Source: Larinioides sclopetarius (Eukaryota). Taken from it: a stretch of DNA of 64,000 bases. This document shows positions 1 to 14,067 of the stretch, piece after piece. Positions within the stretch are counted from its first letter, which is position 1; each line of letters opens with the position of its first letter. The translations under genes were made by a program, and so were the position numbers. The DNA lies in assembly GCA_964023285.1 (NCBI GenBank), contig CAXIEN010000093.1, positions 2,247,739 to 2,311,738 of the forward strand. The letters are read 5' to 3'. The notes below the pieces were generated by a model. It saw nothing but the letters and a program-made list of their open reading frames with translations, was not told where the DNA came from and did not search any database.

Positions 1-332
1 ACACTCAAGATACACTTCAGTACACTTCTTCATGTTGCATTTCAGTACACTCAAGGTACACTTCTTGGTAAGGTACTTCAAGGTACACTTCAGTACACTT
101 ATCATGTTGCATTTCAGTACACTCAAGGTACACTTCTTGGTAAAGTACTTCAAGGTACACTTCAGTACACTTCTTCATGTTGTATTTAAGTACACTCAAG
201 GTACACTTCTTGGTAAGGTACTTCAAGGTACACTTCTTCATGTTGCATTTCAGTACACTCAAGATACACTTCAGTACACTTCTTCATGTTGCATTTCAGT
301 ACACTCAAGGTACACTTCAGTACACTCAAGGC
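1..332. repeat. Complex tandem satellite built from 'gtacact' sub-motifs (gtacacttcag / gtacacttcttggtaa / catgttgcatttcagtacactcaag), with a higher-order period of about 47-73 bp
   Basis: Direct reading shows 'catgttgcatttcagtacactcaag' recurring at about 33, 104, 177, 239 and 286. Overlapping ORFs on both strands (17..395) are frame artefacts of the repeat. Confidence 0.8.
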
Positions 333-2989
333 CCAAAACATAGAATGTTTTTGGAGCCTCATAAAGAATTCAGTGTGGAAAGTGCCACGAAACATATTGA
401 TAGTGGTTAAATGAAGTTTTTTTTTCTTCGAACATGTATGGTCTTAAAGAACATGTAAAAAAAGACGTTACAGAATTCTATCATAAAGAGAAAATTAATA
501 TCGAGTATTTGATACGACATTACATTTGACTTAGCTTTACACCGGAATGACGTAGGTACGGCATTTTAATTTAAATGATCAAAGTAAAAAACTTCCATTT
601 GAGTTCAAAACGAAAATGAAAATTTTAAAAAAAGACCCAAGGTTCGGTTTGGGGCCTCTAAAAGTTCAGAATCCCAAGCCTGGGCTTTGTTGGCTTGTGC
701 GGAAATCAGGCCTTGAGTACACTCTTAAGCGGATAACATACTTGGCCACTTTCTTTCGTCAACCGCGGGCTTTTCTCTTGCAACCGAAAATACTGACCGA
801 TCGCCATTGATATAAACTACGAAAAAACAATTTTTTGGACGAACTGCCCTCGCTTGACGGAGGAAAGTAGCCTATTTTTTTATAGTGTGCCATCAGCTTT
901 ATTTAATTTGAATTGTTTCAAGTTCTTAAAGATGGAATTTTGTAATCGACGTTTAATTTACTTCTTGATGTGCTAGAGTTTATGTAGATATGGATTTTCT
1001 TGATGAAAATATACTACTTAAATACTTTAATTATTGATTTAACTAAACTTTAATACAATACCAGTGGCACCTACTGGAAGTAATTTTAGAAAAATGATTT
1101 CAAGAATCTATAATATTTAAAATGATAAATTCTATATTAAAGACTAAAGAGTAGAAAATATTTTTAGTAAAGAAAAACACTCTTGTTTATATATAGTAGA
1201 TTTATAAAACTGTATTTTTTAAAAGTGATTTTATTAAATTTATTCACTTTTCTTTCATGAAATTTATTTATTCATTTATTCAATATCGTATAAAATGTCT
1301 TTGAGACTAAATAAAACTTAAAACATAGCACTTATATAAAGTTTGATCTATGTTTATGAAAATTGTGTTTTTGGAAAATCCATGCACACACACACATATT
1401 TTTTGAAAAGGGAAGGAAACTTTAGTTCACAGTAATTGTTTTCATAAGAAATAAAAACTCTCATTGAATGAACGGACATTCAGTTTAAGTAAAAATGTAA
1501 GTATAAAGTTATGAATCTCTCTGCCCTTTCGCATTTTCATTGGCAAGTTCTAAATTCAAAAAGAGTATAGCATTAGAAAACTTTTAGATTTTTCATTTAT
1601 CAGGAAATTAAAAATAAAAATAATACAAAAATTCTTAAGCCCTTTCATTTTTATGTAAACCTTACAAAATGTTTGAAAAGAAGAATAAATTACGTGGCAG
1701 TTGAAGGGGCAAGGAGGGTATGGATGCATAACTACCTTTTAGAGGAATCCACGAAGGCAAAATGATAGGGTGTTTATTTCACTTTTCTTAGATACAAATA
1801 GAACAGAAGATACGGAAGCACATACTACTCAAACGTCACTTATTCTTGTTACTCTATTGTCTACTGTGAAAAATACAACTTAATAAAAAGTTTTATTTCT
1901 GTTTAAAATATCAAAATATTACTATTTTTATGTTGTAAATGAACATTAAAGTAAATATATTCCAGATCTTTGGTACCTGTGGCTTTTTTATTATACGGCC
2001 TTACCACTTATTTACCAGCATTGAAATAAAACACTTGTCGATAATATAATAATTGGAGAACAGTAACCTTTAGGATTTTGCTTGAGCGCCCATTTGACCA
2101 AAGGTCAAAATTTCATTTGCCTTTCAGTCTAAAAAGTTTTCCCACCTTTGTATATCCATTCGAAATTCTCACTCGGCTGTTAACCTTAATTATAGGAATA
2201 TAAACACCTTAAATTTGATAATGCTGAATTTCTTAAGAATATTTTAAGATAAGTTAGCATAGCAGCATGAGATGCTATGCTACTATATGCAAACTATAAA
2301 AGCAAATACTATATATAAGCATTCTATAATAAATAGAGCAAAAGTAAACTAATAGAAAGGAAGAAAAATGACTCGAATCAAAATTCTAAGAAATCAGAGA
2401 ACAAATAACGATTGAAATAAAAAGGAAAAAAGGAATCTGCAGATGTGTTCTCTGATAACGGCTAAAAATGGTTTCATTATTCTTGCATCTTTGTAGTCGC
2501 TCTTATAAAAGAAAAAAATTTTAAGAGCTTATTCATTTAATAACTCTTGAAAATTATATAAGTCTCAAAAAACAGAGAATAAAATTAAATGAATAAAAAA
2601 TTATAGGACCAGCAATGAAGAAAAATGTCCCGAGGATTATGTTGAATTGCTGTAACAACATAACGATATTTCAGACAGTGTCGAATTACACATATCGTTA
2701 TTCTGTTTTCTCGAAACACTTAGAGTGTAACAACAGGTATTTAATTGTTATAGCAATATTTTTTAATATAATTATAGGTATTTAATTATTATAGTCGTGT
2801 ATTTTCTTCTCAAGCCCTTGAAGGAATTCTTTAACCAGTTCGGGAGCACAAGATTTTCTCACCTTCAAATATTCATACAATGAAAGAGGCCATTGAAAGA
2901 ATCGATGGCAGAAAAAAGCCAAAATTCCTGATAAAACGCAGATTGGTTTATGACACTACATTAAGCCAAATGTGATTGGGGCGAAAACA

Positions 2990-3235
2990 TAATACCATAT
3001 CAAGGACACCGTTACTCTCGCTATGCTAGTGATGATAATTGGTGGGCTATAAAGTAATACCACTTCCCCGTCGTTGTTTACTCTCACTAAGCTAGTGATG
3101 GCGATTAAAGCCGAAAAAAGAATACCATCTCACTGACTCTGTTTACTCTAGTTATGCCAGTGATGATGATTAAAGGGCGAAAAAATCATATTATGCCCCG
3201 GGAGCCGCTTATTCTTGCTACGCCACTGTATCTCT
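2990..3235. repeat. Tandem repeat of about 62-65 bp, four degenerate units (ataccaNNtc...ctagtgatgRNgattaaagSSgaaaaaaga)
   Basis: Four consecutive units share 'atacca', 'tttactct', 'gctagtgatg' and 'gattaaag' motifs. The array ends about 75 bp upstream of the acceptor of the plus-strand exon at 3313. Confidence 0.65.
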
Positions 3236-3312
3236 TTCTCATGCTACGAAATGGTACTCATGGCACGTGAAAAATTCATTAAATCTTACCTTATATAATT
3301 GTTTACTTTCAG

Positions 3313-3585
3313 CCTGGAGCAACGATTCGAGTGAATTCTGGTGATGCGAGGAACCCAATTAATCGTGATATCACTGTCACGGTGTCTCCCTTGATGACCA
3401 TAATAGAGGCTTTGAGACAAGCTGAAGTGAAATATCAGAATGTACTTGGCCTTAATCATGATATGGACGTCATCACTTTCACTCATTCATTATCTGTTGA
3501 TTGCTATATTGTGAATAGAATCAACGATGTGGTTAAGAATGAAGAATGGGGTTGGAAAATTACTATTGTGGACCGTGATGGCCAA
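3313..3585 (+). CDS. Internal coding exon (91 codons, phase 0 at both ends) of an unidentified protein: PGATIRVNSGDARNPINRDITVTVSPLMTIIEALRQAEVKYQNVLGLNHDMDVITFTHSLSVDCYIVNRINDVVKNEEWGWKITIVDRDGQ
   Basis: Polypyrimidine tract plus AG acceptor (ttgtttactttcag|CCT) at 3312. Consensus donor CAA|GTAAGT at 3586. The frame is open from an in-frame TGA at 3268 to the donor. The listed 'M' at 3331 is a GTG, so there is no true ATG and this is an internal exon. Codon usage is non-repetitive and the GC content is higher than the flanks. Confidence 0.5.
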
Positions 3586-3924
3586 GTAAGTGAATTTAGC
3601 ACTTTTCTCATCATTATCATTTTCAATCATATACAGGGTGGCTCAGCGGGTAATGTTTGGGACGACTCGATATTTTAAACAGGAGTGGGGACAGAGAGGG
3701 CACGGGGCCAAGCATTCCCCCTTCGGGTATGCTTGACCCCCTGTTGGGAAAATTTTTTGTGTATGGGGTATTGAAATGTAACTGATTAATAATAATCTCC
3801 CGAAATTTGAGACTAATTTCATTGCACTCTTCCTCTTATACAGAAGGTCATTCTTGAATCTCTACATGAAAATTAAGGTGGCTCTAAGGTAGTTAATCAG
3901 TATGACCACTGAAGTCCCTTTCCA

Positions 3925-4412
3925 CCCTCTTAACTTCGGAATGTCTGCTGCTATATTCGTAAAAGAGGTTTCTAGGCGTAATAAAGTAGGCATTCGCTAA
4001 TGAGTGAAACCATCTACGGCGCCACGTGATGGAAAACACTGCGGAGTTAGCGTTTCTATCTCAAAAACGAATAGAGATATGGAAAAAAAGTGATTTCAAA
4101 AGCTGTAGAGAATCATCGATTTAGTACGAAAAGACGCTTTGTGGACATTAATACAAAGAATAGAACGGTTAAACCGCGCATTTGTTTTTTCGTGATTTCC
4201 TACACTGTGACGTGACAAAACGATCTGAGAAAGAAGGAAACAACTAGTTATAACAATATACCTTTATTTGGGATGTTCAACTCGGCAGTTTTCCATCACG
4301 TGGCGCCGTAGATGGTTTCACTCAGTAGCACACACACACTTGCCTACTTTACTATAACTATACACCACTTTTATGAATATAGCAGCAGCCATTCCGAAGT
4401 TAAGAGGGTGAC
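3925..4412. mobile_element. MITE-like element, about 488 bp, with terminal inverted repeats of about 120 bp (3925..4044 versus 4283..4412) around a 238-bp centre
   Basis: The reverse complement of 'tgagtgaaaccatctacggcgccacgtgatggaaaac' (about 4006-4042) matches 4282-4318. The outer 'ccctcttaacttcggaatgtctgctgctatattc' (3927-3960) matches the reverse complement at 4377-4410. Confidence 0.7.
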
Positions 4413-6599
4413 AAGGTACTTGATTGGGCATGCTGCATAAAACTTGACTCAATAAAAATGGTGCGCTATTCTCACTCTTAAGTTTTTGTTGTTGATTTAC
4501 CTTTTTTGCAATTAACTAAAAGCCTATACATTTTTATCTAATAAAGGAACAGATTGCTCCTTTAAATGGAGGAAAAATTAGCAGAAGTTTTCTTTCGTGC
4601 ATTTTCCTTTATTATATTTGTATATCCTAAATAGGAATAAGCGTTTAAAATTTTTGTTTTATAAAATATTTCTAAAGATTTAGGATTTGTGATCTAAGAT
4701 GAAGTCATTTTTTTATTCATCAATAGGCTGGCATTTATAAGCTTTATTCTTTCAAAAATCCCCATATAATTTTTGCAGAAATAAAATCATTTCTTTTATG
4801 TCTTCACAAAAGGCACTATACTTTCTGCATTAAAATCAATCATGAAAATAAAATATATATTAGTTTTTTCTCGTTCTTTATGTAAAAACAATCTGTATCC
4901 CTTTTATTTCTTAACCCGAGCAAAGCCTTTTAACTCTGGATATTTGAGTTACTTTGAAAGGTGTTTCTTAGAATTATAATTTAAATGCCGAATTTTTTTT
5001 AAAAATAGACAAATTTAAAAATTTTAAATAAATAATGAAATATATATATTATTAGCGATAAAAGGTTTGAAAAATTTAAATCTTGAAACTTTTTAATAAT
5101 GGGATCCTATTTTTATCTCTAAATAGAAGAAAAAAATACTAAAATGGTTTTTTTTTAAGTTTCATTCGGAAGTTGAATTTATTTTCTTATAATATGATTT
5201 CTTTGAATATATGTTAGATGGTCATAAAATAACGATGACGATATAGGAGTTTTTAGAGGTTGTAAAGATCACATTACGCGCGTGAAAGAAATTCGAGACA
5301 TGGATACAGCTGATTTTTTTTCTGTTAACTTGGATTTTCTTTCAACATAATGTAAATAATAATCTATCATTCGGACTTATTTTGGTTCACTCTTACCTAC
5401 GCTTCTTTCCGAATCTGTAAACCTAAATTTAATTGTATTTTCTTTGCCGTCCTTGAAAATTTAACATTGAAGATTGCACATCTGTAAAGGTGTTTGTCTT
5501 AAGAAGAGAAAAAAAAGACAGGCTACCCTAGTTAGACGTTAGCTTCGGCGTTCAAGGGCATGCTGCTTTCCAGCTCGTAATTTCTTTGGTTTGGCGCATA
5601 CAGGCATTTCATTTCCTTATATTTAAGTTTGTATTTGATTTCTGATAACTTTGTGTTTATTATTGCAAAAATTCTATTTGTTTACAATTGCGTTAGAGTA
5701 TCAGTGAATTGGTAATCTTTTGCATGCAATTTTGCAGATCTACAAAGTAACAAAAAATGTTTGTTTCTTCAACCTTAAAAAACTGTGAGTGTGATATTTT
5801 TTCTTATTCCTTGAATAATCCTATATATAAAAATAATAATTATTTTTCGTTTTTAAAAAGTACTTGTTAAAGAGTTAATTCGAAATCAAAATGAAACCAA
5901 AAATTATTAGCGAATAGTTTTCCTTGGTTGAATGCAAACCTGTATACTTGTCCCCACGTACTAATCCCGTAACTTGTGCAATTCAATGATCGCAAATGAA
6001 TGATTTTTAGCCTTCTATTTCACTTAAAGACTTCTCTGGTGTACAATGTATTCAATCAAAGAAGCGATGAAATATCTTTTTAAAAATATTTTAAAGATGA
6101 TTTAGAAATTGATTTCAATATTTATTATCTCGTTTTATTGAACAATTGTTGTATTCTGAGGAATGCACAATGCCCGTTTATCAAAATTCTTTACTTAATC
6201 ATTATAATTTTTTAAATTAAAATTTACAAAAAAACTTTTTGAGCTTGAAACAGAAATTATCCGGTGTAGTGGTTAAGATTCTACACTCGCAATTTGAACC
6301 TCGAATTCGTTCCTATAGAGCTTCGTGTGTTGTTTTTGTCTTTTTCCATTCCAAGGTTCAATATATTATTATTCCGTGTCTAAAAGTATTATAGCATTCC
6401 ATGGTTCAATCAAAGCACCATTTGATGAATTAAAGTTTTACAATGTTATGGTAACAACTACCTATGCACCATGTTTTGGTGAAACGTTGAACCAAGAATT
6501 TTAACACTGTATGAAAGGAATGATTGTTTTTATGAGGCAATGTTTATGATATTGCAAATTCTGAAGTATTAAACTGGTATTTTTTCTATTATCTTTCAG

Positions 6600-6688
6600 A
6601 TTGTGTACGACGGTTTTTGTTTACCAAATGGAAAGGACGTTTTAGTGAAACCTGGAACTGTGATTTTCTTATCTTACGTTTCTCTGTA
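6600..6688 (+). CDS. Probable next coding exon of the same plus-strand gene: IVYDGFCLPNGKDVLVKPGTVIFLSYVSL, ending in phase 2
   Basis: Acceptor ttttctattatctttcag|ATT enters in phase 0, matching the phase-0 end of exon 3313..3585. A strong donor, TA|GTGAGTG, sits exactly where an in-frame TAG would otherwise terminate the frame. The joined peptide reads ...WKITIVDRDGQ|IVYDGFCLPNGKDVLVKPGTVIFLSY... Confidence 0.4.
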
Positions 6689-8617
6689 GTGAGTGCGTTG
6701 ATTTCCTTGAAAGGCTTCAATTTTATTCCAGTGCATGTCGCCGAAAACTTCATAACCCCATCTCAGTTGTTCATGCTCACCAGACTGCTTCGAGACGTCG
6801 TACAAAAGTATCATCTGTTGTTGTCTTCATGTTGAGAACGTGATTCCTATTTGTGTTTAGAAAAATGGGTGTACATATTATTTATGGATGACAACGTGAT
6901 TGAAAACTGTAATTAGTTTCAATATGGTGAAATAAAGTTTATAATCACGTTTTTAAGTTTCACTGCTTTTTCTTGTCAGAACTGAATCATAATGCTAGGA
7001 AAATAAAATTGTATGAATAAAAAAATAGCAAAAATTCTGATATGATATTTATAAAAATACCTCAATGAAATTATTTCAGAACCACATGACACACGTCCAA
7101 TGCGCAAATGGAATTTTTGAATTCCATTGGAGATTTAGCCTAAATGAAGAGAATGTGATGTTGATAAGATAACGGACGGTTAAATGCTAAATGAAACAAG
7201 TTATTGTACTTGCCATGTGACAGTGATGTCACATCAATTGAATCCATTACGGTTGTTGAAAAATTAAAGCTAATTGAGAAGTATTCAAAACAAATTATGC
7301 TTCGTCAATTTTATTCGACTATTAAAGACATTGCAAATACTTAAATAATCGTTTTATAATAGTTTGCATTCACAGATTAATAAAATTATTTGCAAAAACA
7401 AACTAGATTGCTTGTAAAAACTTTAAAGGCAGGAAAAATGTTTTTGATTAAAAGCAGAATTAAACTCAAAAGAGATGAAATGTATTACAGTAATATTATA
7501 AGTTTAAAACATTAATGAAAGAGTTTCAAATCAAATATTAGTCAATAAGCTAGTAACAAAGTAAAAAAAAATTGAAGTGCTGTAAAAAATATTACTGTGA
7601 GTGTTTTATTACAAAAATAAAACAATTATATGAAAAATCACCCCAATAGCACAAAAATATTACATAAGGTTTGTGCTATGTTATACAATATTCTGAACAC
7701 CAAGGTACACTGAATACATTAAAAAAGTATTATATGGTATGTACCGGTGTTTCCGTAAATACAAAATTTACACAAATTATATAAAAACAATGTTTTTTTT
7801 TATAAAAAAAGCTATTCATTTTAACTCTGGATGTCACTAAATTTCAGGTTTTATTTTTAAAAAAAACTCCACTAGAGCAATTTTTTCAAAAAATGTCGAA
7901 TACTGTATGATACTATATACAATATCATTCCTTGGATATTTTTATTTTTAAGGTGTTGTTGTTGTTGTCGTATGCCCGAAGGGCAAGGGGGTGCGGCTTC
8001 CATATTATTATGAGACTGACGCGCTGCCTACTGCGCTACCAAGGCCCCAATTATTATATTATATTATATTATACTGTATTATATTTATAGTATGTCATAT
8101 AATACAGTATTAGTTCTTCCTACTGTCAACAGATGGCAGCATAATCATATTATAACGCAACATTGTATGATGTTGTATTGTATTTTCGAAAAAAAATTCA
8201 CAAAATGATCATTTAATATTATAATCATACACTATCTTTTTTAGGAAATAAACTATAAAACAGTTCTCACATTTCGAATATTTATCGGTCTGTGAAAACA
8301 AATTAGAGTGTATATTATAATTTGAATGAAAACTTTGTTTCACATTTGATTTTTAATTAAAATTTTATGTTTATAAACCAAATTTAATTCTATATAAAAA
8401 AGTAGATAATTTCGGAATAATAATTATTTTTGTTAATGTCTTATATTTTTAAAACCTTTCGAATGTATTGTTATTATTTAGATAAGACCTTCCTTTATGA
8501 CCTCAAATTTCATTTTTAACTGTAAATTGGAAAGAAAAATATTTCCTTAATAAAAAAGACTATCTAGATTTAAATGAAAAAAGAATGTAGATCCGAAATT
8601 TACAACATTTTATTTGC

Positions 8618-8700
8618 ATTATTTACGAAGCGAACCGCAAGTTATTCTAGCCCATTGCTAAGTCGCAGGGTTTTTGTTCTAAAGAGACCGGTTCGAATCC
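8618..8700 (+). other. tRNA-like / tRNA-derived SINE fragment carrying the T-arm box GGTTCGAATCC
   Basis: '...tagcccattgctaagtcgcagggtttttgttctaaagagaccGGTTCGAATCCagctgcaagg' contains a perfect B-box/T-loop motif and a D-arm-like 'tagcccattgctaag'. The acceptor and T stems do not pair well, so this is probably a degenerate pseudogene or SINE head. Confidence 0.3.
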
Positions 8701-8795
8701 AGCTGCAAGGGATGTGGTGTTTAACAATAACAAGTTTGTATCCAACAACCCAGTTCTTAGGAAAAAAATGTGATCGCTAGTTTCTCCATTCTCCT

Positions 8796-8798
<3 letters not shown>

Positions 8799-8827
<29 letters not shown>
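8799..8827. repeat. (TA)n microsatellite
   Basis: Direct reading. Confidence 0.9.
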
Positions 8828-8830
<3 letters not shown>

Positions 8831-9714
8831 TTAAAAAATACTTAGTATATTCTTAAATAATTTAATATTATATAATATTAGTCAATGTCATTTAATATTA
8901 TATATTATTCTTCGGCATTATATTACATTGTTCAATTTTATACAATATCATTATATAATGTTTTTTCATTGTTATATTATTTAATACTGTATAATATTAT
9001 ACTATATTTTTTTTAAAAAAAACATTGATCAATATTGAAAAAGTCTTGCATTTTACACTGTTTAAATATTGGGGAAAATATTGAAAAGTATTAGTTTTGA
9101 GAATTTTTTATGACATAGACAAAATTATGCCCTACTTGCAGAGATACCCCTAGAAATAAAAAAGGGCAGGACACTTGAATTTAAAAAAAGAGGCACTTGA
9201 GTTTCAAAGGGCACTTAAGTTTTATAAAAATACCCCCCCCCCCTTTTTTTGCTATGCTGCACTTATGTCATTGAAATAAGAACTTAATAAGAAACTTTTT
9301 ATCATAAACATGCCAATAAAAACGTGCATTGCTAATAAACAAATACTTAAAAAAATAGTGTTAAATTAACATAAAAAATAAGGAATTTAATACACATTAG
9401 GGTGGCTAGTGATTTTCCTTTTATAAATTCCCTGAAATCACCGAGTTATTTTGACTAAACCAATATAGATTTTATATAACATGCTTAATTCAATATTCAT
9501 TTTAAAGTGAAAAACAAATGCTATGAGTAACATTGTAAATAATTGGACAACAAAAGCCTTCATTAAAAAAAATCCTCCAAAAAATTTTAACCCAATAATT
9601 GTATATAATGGAATTTTTTCCTTGCCTCAAAAAGGGACTATGAGTTCCCAGCAACACGCATAAGGAAGTTTTTAACCGGTAAATTATGAATGCCAATTAG
9701 GGATAAAATGCCCT

Positions 9715-9900
9715 ACATTTTGCTGTAATCGATCAAAAAAGAAATCGTAGGTTTTACGGAAATCGATCGGAGAAAGTACCATAAGTTTTATAAAAGAAAC
9801 GCACCTTCCGTTTCACGAAAATAAATCAGAAAAACTATCACACGTTTTACGGGAATAAACCTGAAAAAGTATCCTACATTTTATGGAAATTAATCGGAAA
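9715..9900. repeat. Degenerate tandem repeat of about 42 bp, four units ('...gaaatcgatcggagaaagtaccataagttttat / gaaaataaatcagaaaaactatcacacgttttac / ggaataaacctgaaaaagtatcctacattttat / ggaaattaatcggaaaagaaacc')
   Basis: Recurrent 'ttttacgg(a)aat.(a)atc.ga.aa(a)gta.c' pattern. The units are contiguous, diverged and lack unique spacers, so this is not CRISPR. Confidence 0.55.
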
Positions 9901-12900
9901 AGAAACCGTTAGAAATATATCAGTTATACCCAAATTTTTGTAAAAGGAAGGAGGAGGAATCTTTCCTATATATGAAAAAAAGACCATAAGAGGAAGCATT
10001 ATTTTTTTCCGAAGAAATGAAAAGAGAAAAAGCAGGCGGCTTATTTTTACAAAAGGGGCAAGGAGGGCGGTTTTATTTAGGTGAGAGAGCAGGTGGGACG
10101 GGCCGCCCCTTAAAAAATGCTTAGGGAGAACACTGGTACTTGGATATTTCGGCCTGTGTTAAAACGTTAAAGTAGTCTAAACAAATATACAATATAAGAA
10201 TCAAAATGCAATTGCATAATTACATATTTAATAACCTTTTAGGCATTATCATTACAATGACCTCAAGTATGAGAACATCGGAGAGCAATTTTAATATTTG
10301 TCCCAGTTCAGGAATGGTTTTTCTAATCTATTATCATTAATGGGTCTATGTTCAGTAGCTGAGGATAAATACATCCTATTTTGATAACTTGTCTTGCTAC
10401 ATTACCCCATGAATTTTCACAATAGAATTTTAATATTATTAGTTTGGAACCAGAATTGTGATCTACGATTCGTGTGGAGAGACTGATTTGTTAGTTGTTG
10501 CATCTGTCTTTTAAAAAAATTCGTTAGATTAAATATGGTAGGTAATACATGGTGGTCCAAATTAAGTGAGCGTATTTCAAAAATTAATGATGAATCTAAT
10601 GTTGTTATAACTGGACTTTTTAAAAAATGAGAATGCATTTTAAAATGTTTTGTCAAATAGTTAAAGGGGTCGTAAATTATTGGAAATCTCCCATTTTTAA
10701 CATCCATTATCTGCAAAACTTTTAAAGCAAGAAGAAAAATAAAGGATTTTATTTGTGCAGAATTTCAAGCTCTTTGATTTGTTATTGTGAATTTAAACTG
10801 TTCGAGTTGATATTTTTCAAGATATTCAAGAAAAACTAAAAAAGAAAACCAAGGCAAAGCGTGTAGAAATCTTTTAATGTAACAAATTTATATTGTCTTA
10901 ATGGGACGCCGCCTATTAAAAAACAAAAAAGGCATTTTTTTTTGCTCTCTCAACTAAAAAAGAACCGTTGTTGCAACGCGTTATCCGGTTTTTTTAAATT
11001 AATTTTCGAAGTGCTCTCAATTATTTTGGTACCATCCTGTAGTATCTCTAAGTGCCTCTAAATTCATTTTTCCAGAAGCAAATCCAAGAGCACCCAAGCT
11101 ACTGAATTAAAAACAACCTCATTTCGTAACTGATCCACCACCTATGTAGTATTTTGAAGAATTTTTTTCTCGTCCCAAACCATAATAATTATACTTGCAG
11201 CAATATATATCGGGCTATCAAAATTCCATTCCTTTCACAGCACATATAGTGACCTACAGCCATTGATAATTCCAACTATCCGTCGCCTTGCAAATTTTGA
11301 ACATTGAATTTTGTATCGGACCACTAATTTAGTTATAAGCAACTCTGCTCTGCGCTGAGAAATCATAGATCGAGTGATAGTATTGCGGATGGATTTCGTG
11401 AAAACATTTACATCAGTCATTTGTGAAATTCTTTTAGTTCAGAATTATATCAAAACCTTTCTTTCATTTCTGAGTGACAAGGCTTTATGCTGACTCCCAA
11501 CGCAATGGAACGGACGTCAAAATCAGATATTCATGAAACAATTGTATTTCTAAGATCAGTAAAACAAGTTCAATCATTATGTAAAGGATCGTTATAATTA
11601 AAGTTATCCTGTTTAGACTTATGAAGAGTCCGTTCTGGTAGCCAGACGTAGATGAAACGTGGTCTATATTTTAAAATAGACTCATGTTAAAAGATATCTG
11701 CAATAAAATAACGACGGCAAGCTGTCTTTTGGAAGAAGCCGTTCATATTAAAGGTATAGGATTACTTTACTCGCGTCATTAATTCAAGTGTATTTTTGTC
11801 CAATTTTTTTTATTCACAATGGGAACACCAGGTACATGTGCGACCGATTTTTTTCAACTTTTGTACATTTCTAGTAAGCCTTAAGACAATATAACATGCA
11901 AGCCATAAGTTCTACAACTCAGAAATTATCAATAAAAGCGATCCAAAACTTTAGCTAATAGTATATCAAGCAGTTCCCTGCAAATCTAATCTGGCTTGAT
12001 GGAAGTTGAATGGTAAGCGTCAGAGTTTCGTTATTGCTTGACCGGCTTATGGAATCATGAGGTGAACTTTTCCCTCTATCAGTTAAATGTTTTATAACGA
12101 ATAATTTCGTTTATATGCATTGATATTTATTGAACGTTCAACATCACATTTAGTAATTCTGCTAATTTTTTATAAAATAAAAATTTACCTTTATATAATT
12201 GTTTTCATCACATTATAAAACATAATCTTGATAGTACTGAAGAAATGAATTAATCTTATGCTAATTATGATTCGCGTATAATGTGATAAATAAAATTATG
12301 AAAAAAAATTCTTATAAGAAATTATATATAGCAGAATTACTAAATGCTGTTGAAAGTTTAATAAATATCAATACATATAAGCGTAATTATTCGTTATGAA
12401 ACATTTAAGTAATAGGGAAAAAGATCAGCCACTGCAAGATTCAATCTAGTGATCCACCATTACGAAGCTATCATGCTAAACATTCTGCCGCCACCATCCC
12501 CGTACAGACTTGAAGCGTACTAGTTAATTTTCGTCACTAATTCATGCGTATTTTTGCGCAGTTTTGAGACCCAATAGCTGCTGAACTAAAATTTCGATTT
12601 TCAAAGTTATTTTTGGTAACATCAAGTGTTACTCTTTATCTCTAAAATGAGACATTATTGATGTTTCTAACATAGGTAGTTACCGAGAGATGGTTCAAAT
12701 ATACCATCTTTTAAGACAATTTGCCGTGGGAATCAATTTTCTCCCTGAGACCCGAGTGCGAGAAATATAATGCGAAATTTTAAAAAAAAGTACTATTTCA
12801 GATTTTGACCGATAGACTGAAGGATCATGTCCGTGTAATAAACATAGAATTCTCTCTGGATTGAAAGCAATCTGACACACCATTTTTCTGCAATTGATAG

Positions 12901-13418
12901 AGAAACCCTTCACACTGCTCTTGAAGTGACGCCGATTTGGTGAAAAAAGCGACAGGCCAAAAATGTACTGATAATCTAAAATACCCATAAATAAAAAATA
13001 TAATACCTATAATATACAGTAAAACAACATAATTTAAAATTTTTTTACAAAATTAGCTCTGTTTTCCAAATACGATTGCTTTTTTATGATTGTTATTATT
13101 AAACAGCTAAAAAAATTGAAATTTTAATTTTTCTCTGAAAAGGGAGGGAAGTGACTGGCCTTCTTCACCTCTCTAATTCGCAGGCACTATTCTGTTGAAC
13201 ACGCTGGTAGTAAGCTTTGAACATTTGCTTGATGCATATAGAATTATAGAATGCACTTTGAACGTATGCTATGATTAAATAACGTTTTGTGTTTCCAATT
13301 TGCACTTTTTATTCTTCATGCGCTTCCATTTACTGGGCTATTTGAAATTATTTCCTTTTCTACTTTCGTTTTTTTAAAGCGATGCAGTTTTTCATTTTAT
13401 ATTTGTGATTTTTCGTTC

Positions 13419-13939
<521 letters not shown>

Positions 13940-14011
13940 TGCTATTTACATGTCACTGGGTAGCAATGCACCTAATGTAAGTAGATCAAAATATTAAAAA
14001 GAAATGTAATG

Positions 14012-14013
<2 letters not shown>

Positions 14014-14064
<51 letters not shown>
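14014..14064. repeat. (TA)n microsatellite on the right flank of the 13.5 kb palindrome
   Basis: Direct reading. Confidence 0.9.

Positions 14065-14067
<3 letters not shown>

Noticed and set aside
17-410. Four overlapping ORFs (both strands) over the first 400 bp
   Set aside because: They lie entirely within the 'gtacact' satellite. The proteins are low-complexity reiterations (LKVHF.../KCTLSVLK...) and are open in several frames, which is typical of repeat artefacts.
9715-9900. CRISPR-like array
   Set aside because: This is a eukaryotic context. The units are contiguous and degenerate with no unique spacers, so it is a simple tandem minisatellite.
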